DNA of 17,638 bases from Dehalococcoidia bacterium (GTDB lineage Bacteria; Chloroflexota; Dehalococcoidia; GIF9; AB-539-J10): contig JAUWOR010000015.1 in the NCBI GenBank assembly GCA_030612025.1, positions 1 through 17,638 on the forward strand, written 5' to 3'. Of this stretch, positions 15,030 to 17,638 are shown in pieces; position 1 is the first letter of the stretch; each line of letters opens with the position of its first letter. Made by a program: the position numbers and the translations under genes. Below the pieces are notes generated by a model. That model saw nothing but the letters and a program-made list of their open reading frames with translations. It searched no databases and was not told the DNA's origin.

Positions 15030-16172
15030 TCATCGTCGTGTAGATACAGGATGGAATATCCGGCTGCTAGTTAGGTCGTTCAGGAAATTCTTGAGCCCAG
15101 ATACATATTCATCTACTTCACGGCGATCAAGTCTTACCACTTTGTCAGCTATTTTTTGGCAATAATCGCAATGAGCACATCCGGATAAGCAATCCTGTTT
15201 CTTGAAGAAATCGATAAAACCATCTAAAGCCTGGTTATCAATGTAGACCTTGGGCGGCGAGCCTATCTGGGTGATTTGTATATTGGATAGAGTAGGGCTG
15301 GCGCATTTAATTGTGGGATCAAGAGCGTTTAAGATATCGTATAGGTTTCCTTGATATTGGCGTGATGAGTATGCCGCGGCAGTGTTTAAGATGGACTCGG
15401 TGGGCATTGATCTGCCACTGATTTTAAAGACATCAATGCCTATTTCTTCATAAACATGTATGTCCTCAGGTCTTATCCAGCGGGCTTTGATAATTTGGGA
15501 GGTATCACAGAGTCTGTCTATGGTACAACGAAGCACGCAATAATCCATAGGGAAGCCGTTAAGAAGGTTGTAGCTTTGACTAGAGTGCCCCAGGGTATTG
15601 TAGTGATAGTATTCATAGGGGCACTGGTATAGGCAGAGATTGTTCATTAGTACGCTGAGTTCACACTTTACGGCGCTTTTAATAGCCTTGAGTAGTTTAA
15701 AATCTCGATTTATATGGGCGTCCAGGGTAATGGAATCAGCGCCTAATGATTCAAACAATTGGGCCCTAGCCACACTATTCACCTTGGCTATAGTTGACAC
15801 TCTCACATTTAGATGAGGGAACTGCTTTTTTATCAGCTCTAGCAGGTATGGGATAGCTACCGTAACGTTATCTACTCCAGCGCTACTGAACCACTCCAGA
15901 TGTTTTAACAATTCTCGATGGGTATTCTCATCCCATTCCATGTTGTTCATACATGGGGCGTTCAGGAGGTAATCAAAGGTTAAGCCTGCAGAATGAGCTA
16001 CCTTGATATACTCTTCCGCTTGCTCTCTTGTCATTTTAGGGATATTGGGTCCTGATCCACCACTACCTACCATTGTTGTGGGCAAAACACCATATATCTG
16101 GATATCTGCCCCCATCTTGCTTAACGGCGCTATCAGGGCCTCATCCCAATTCGTTGGTGCTAATAAACGCAT
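15030..16172 (-). CDS. U32 'peptidase'-family protein, Cys-rich (probable Fe-S enzyme)
   Basis: AHSAG..FDYLLNAPC, GVDNVTVA.PYL, VST, LGADSITL, NLCLYQCP, YCVLRC, WIRPED, FKISGR, C-terminal CLSGCAHCDYC. Confidence 0.85.
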   Translation of the reverse strand: MRLLAPTNWDEALIAPLSKMGADIQIYGVLPTTMVGSGGSGPNIPKMTREQAEEYIKVAHSAGLTFDYLLNAPCMNNMEWDENTHRELLKHLEWFSSAGVDNVTVAIPYLLELIKKQFPHLNVRVSTIAKVNSVARAQLFESLGADSITLDAHINRDFKLLKAIKSAVKCELSVLMNNLCLYQCPYEYYHYNTLGHSSQSYNLLNGFPMDYCVLRCTIDRLCDTSQIIKARWIRPEDIHVYEEIGIDVFKISGRSMPTESILNTAAAYSSRQYQGNLYDILNALDPTIKCASPTLSNIQITQIGSPPKVYIDNQALDGFIDFFKKQDCLSGCAHCDYCQKIADKVVRLDRREVDEYVSGLKNFLNDLTSSRIFHPVSTRR

Positions 16173-16268
16173 ATTATTTCACTTGGTTGTCGATATTAGC
16201 ACGAGTTATAGGAGATTTGCAATAGTTACCCTTTCCTGCTGTTGGAGAATAATATATTGTATTGCGAT

Positions 16269-16297
16269 ATATTATATACTTGGAAACAGCGTGTCAA
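16269..16297 (-). promoter_or_regulatory. Sigma70-type promoter of the U32 gene
   Basis: TTGACA (16297-16292) followed by TAATAT at 17 nt spacing, with overlapping TATAAT at 15 nt. Confidence 0.5.
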
Positions 16298-16304
16298 TAC
16301 TGCC

Positions 16305-17638
16305 TGTCAAGTATGTTAATGTTCTACGATTTTGTCACCCTGTAACTGTTCAGGGAAAATGTCACCCATGAAGGAGATGGTGACATTGAACAGGAAAGAA
16401 CAAAAGAGGTTGGTAGTGTTAAATCAAATGGAGAAGGGTAAGATGATAGGCAGGGAAGCAGCTGAGGTATTAGGTCTGTCCTTACGTCATGTGAGAAGAA
16501 TTTTAGCGGTGTACAGAAAGGAGGGCGCTGCGGCATTAGCGCATGGCAATCAGGGAAGAAAGCCTCACAATGCCCTGGACGAGAGTGTGAGGAAGCAGAT
16601 ATTGGATCTGGGACAGAGAACTTACGCTGGCTGCAACAATCAGCACTTCACTGAGCTTCTAGCTGAGCGAGAAGGCATCACTGCTTCCTGCTCCTCAGTG
16701 CGCCGCATTCTCCTTAAGGCTGGGGTAAGGAGTCCCAGAAAGAGACGGCCACCGAAGCACCGCAGTCGTAGGGAGCGTTACCCTCGAGAGGGGATGCTAC
16801 TGCAGACAGATGGCAGTCGCCACGATTGGTTGGAGGGGAGAGGCCCCTGGCTAACTCTGGTGGGAGCCGTAGATGATGCCACAGGCAAGACCCCTTACGC
16901 TTTATTCAGGGAGCAAGAGGATACTCAGGGCTATTTTCTCCTGCTACGCCAAATTGTGACTAGTCATGGTATACCTATGGCTTTATACTATGATCGTCAT
17001 GGCATATTTGAGCGTTCTAAAAGTGAGCCAGCGTCGCTGGAAGAGCAGCTTGAGGGGAAAAGGAAACCAACTCAGTTTGGCCGATTAATGGAGGAATTGG
17101 GCATCACTTCTATCTCATCACGCTCACCTCAGGCTAGAGGGAGGATTGAGAGACTATGGGGCACCTTTCAGGATCGGCTGGTTAGTGAGCTCCGTCTGGC
17201 CGGAGCTAGAACTCTTGAACAGGCTAACCAGGTACTCTGGGATTTTCTGCCCCGGTATAACCAGAGGTTTGCTATCCCTGCTGCCCAAGCTGGCTCGGCT
17301 TATCGTCAGCCTAAGGAGGGATTTGTTCCTGATGAGGTATTCTGCTTCAAGTATTACCGTACAGTAGGCCTGGATAATGTAGTGCGCTTTGGAGAGCACA
17401 GACTACAAATATTGCCAACTAATGGCAGATTGAGCTATGCTCGCGCCAGGGTGGAGGTACATGAGAGGCTGGATGGTAGCCTGGCGGTATATTACCGAGG
17501 ACACTGCCTGGCTGCCAAACCAGCACCGCCAGAGGCTCCAGTGCTCAGGGCGAGGAGTACAGCTCGTGTTATGCCAGGCATGGCTAATTCTGATAAACTT
17601 GCCGTCCCCATCATCAAGGCGAAGAAAACTCCGCAACC
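16305..17638 (+). mobile_element. IS1202-like (ISNCY) insertion sequence, right end outside window
   Basis: DDE transposase ORF. Candidate TGT-starting left end at 16305 (alternative 16292). Repeated subterminal motif GATTTTGTCACCC (16328-16340), GAAAATGTCACCC (16355-16367) and inverted GGTGACATT (16379-16387). The exact end cannot be fixed without the right IR. Confidence 0.8.
16368..17638 (+). CDS. DDE transposase (ISNCY/IS1202 group), partial
   Basis: Hand translation is open to the edge: EAAEVLGLSLRHVRR (HTH), HGNQGRKP, GMLLQTDGSRHDWLEGRG, VDDATG, LYYDRHGIF, TQFGRLMEELGI, SPQARGRIERLWGTFQDRLVSEL. The start could be ATG 16368 or TTG 16386 (9 nt after AAGGAG). Not in the ORF track. Confidence 0.92.
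   Translation, partial: MKEMVTLNRKEQKRLVVLNQMEKGKMIGREAAEVLGLSLRHVRRILAVYRKEGAAALAHGNQGRKPHNALDESVRKQILDLGQRTYAGCNNQHFTELLAEREGITASCSSVRRILLKAGVRSPRKRRPPKHRSRRERYPREGMLLQTDGSRHDWLEGRGPWLTLVGAVDDATGKTPYALFREQEDTQGYFLLLRQIVTSHGIPMALYYDRHGIFERSKSEPASLEEQLEGKRKPTQFGRLMEELGITSISSRSPQARGRIERLWGTFQDRLVSELRLAGARTLEQANQVLWDFLPRYNQRFAIPAAQAGSAYRQPKEGFVPDEVFCFKYYRTVGLDNVVRFGEHRLQILPTNGRLSYARARVEVHERLDGSLAVYYRGHCLAAKPAPPEAPVLRARSTARVMPGMANSDKLAVPIIKAKKTPQ

Noticed and set aside
16240-16290. dif/XerCD site next to the IS1202-like element
   Set aside because: AT-rich, but there is no convincing XerD arm (TTATGTTAAA-like) with 11-6-11 layout; better explained as the U32 promoter.
17146-17636. Short ORFs inside the transposase region suggesting a frameshifted pseudogene
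   Set aside because: The transposase frame from 16368 is uninterrupted to the window end; these are shadow ORFs.

Overview
Bacterial chromosomal window. Gene order (rplU-rpmA-rpmE-DUF1385, hisA-hisI) and repeat style suggest Chloroflexota, probably Dehalococcoidia; this is inference only. The left ~4.5 kb is an accessory cell-surface locus. It has a secreted protein missed by the ORF track (1..1045, minus, runs off the edge) with thioester-domain (TED) motifs, an Ig-like insert and a DUF11-like domain. That gene lies downstream of a sigma70-type promoter and a c-di-GMP-II-like riboswitch that overlaps a terminator hairpin. Next come a divergent small BldC/excisionase-like HTH gene and a secreted S8 protease with duplicated Ig-like modules; their promoters share a 17-bp box abutting the -35. 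The middle is housekeeping: hisA, hisI, DUF1385, rpmE, rpmA, rplU (apparent ATT start), an alpha/beta hydrolase and a rhomboid protease. The right part is a type II fatty-acid cluster (MaoC pair, plsX, acpP, fabL, fabF, fabG), a convergent Cys-rich U32-family gene, and an IS1202-like (ISNCY) element cut by the window edge. Intergenic regions hold several copies of an inverted-repeat-bounded mini-element with variable GTAG...CTAC REP-like cores.
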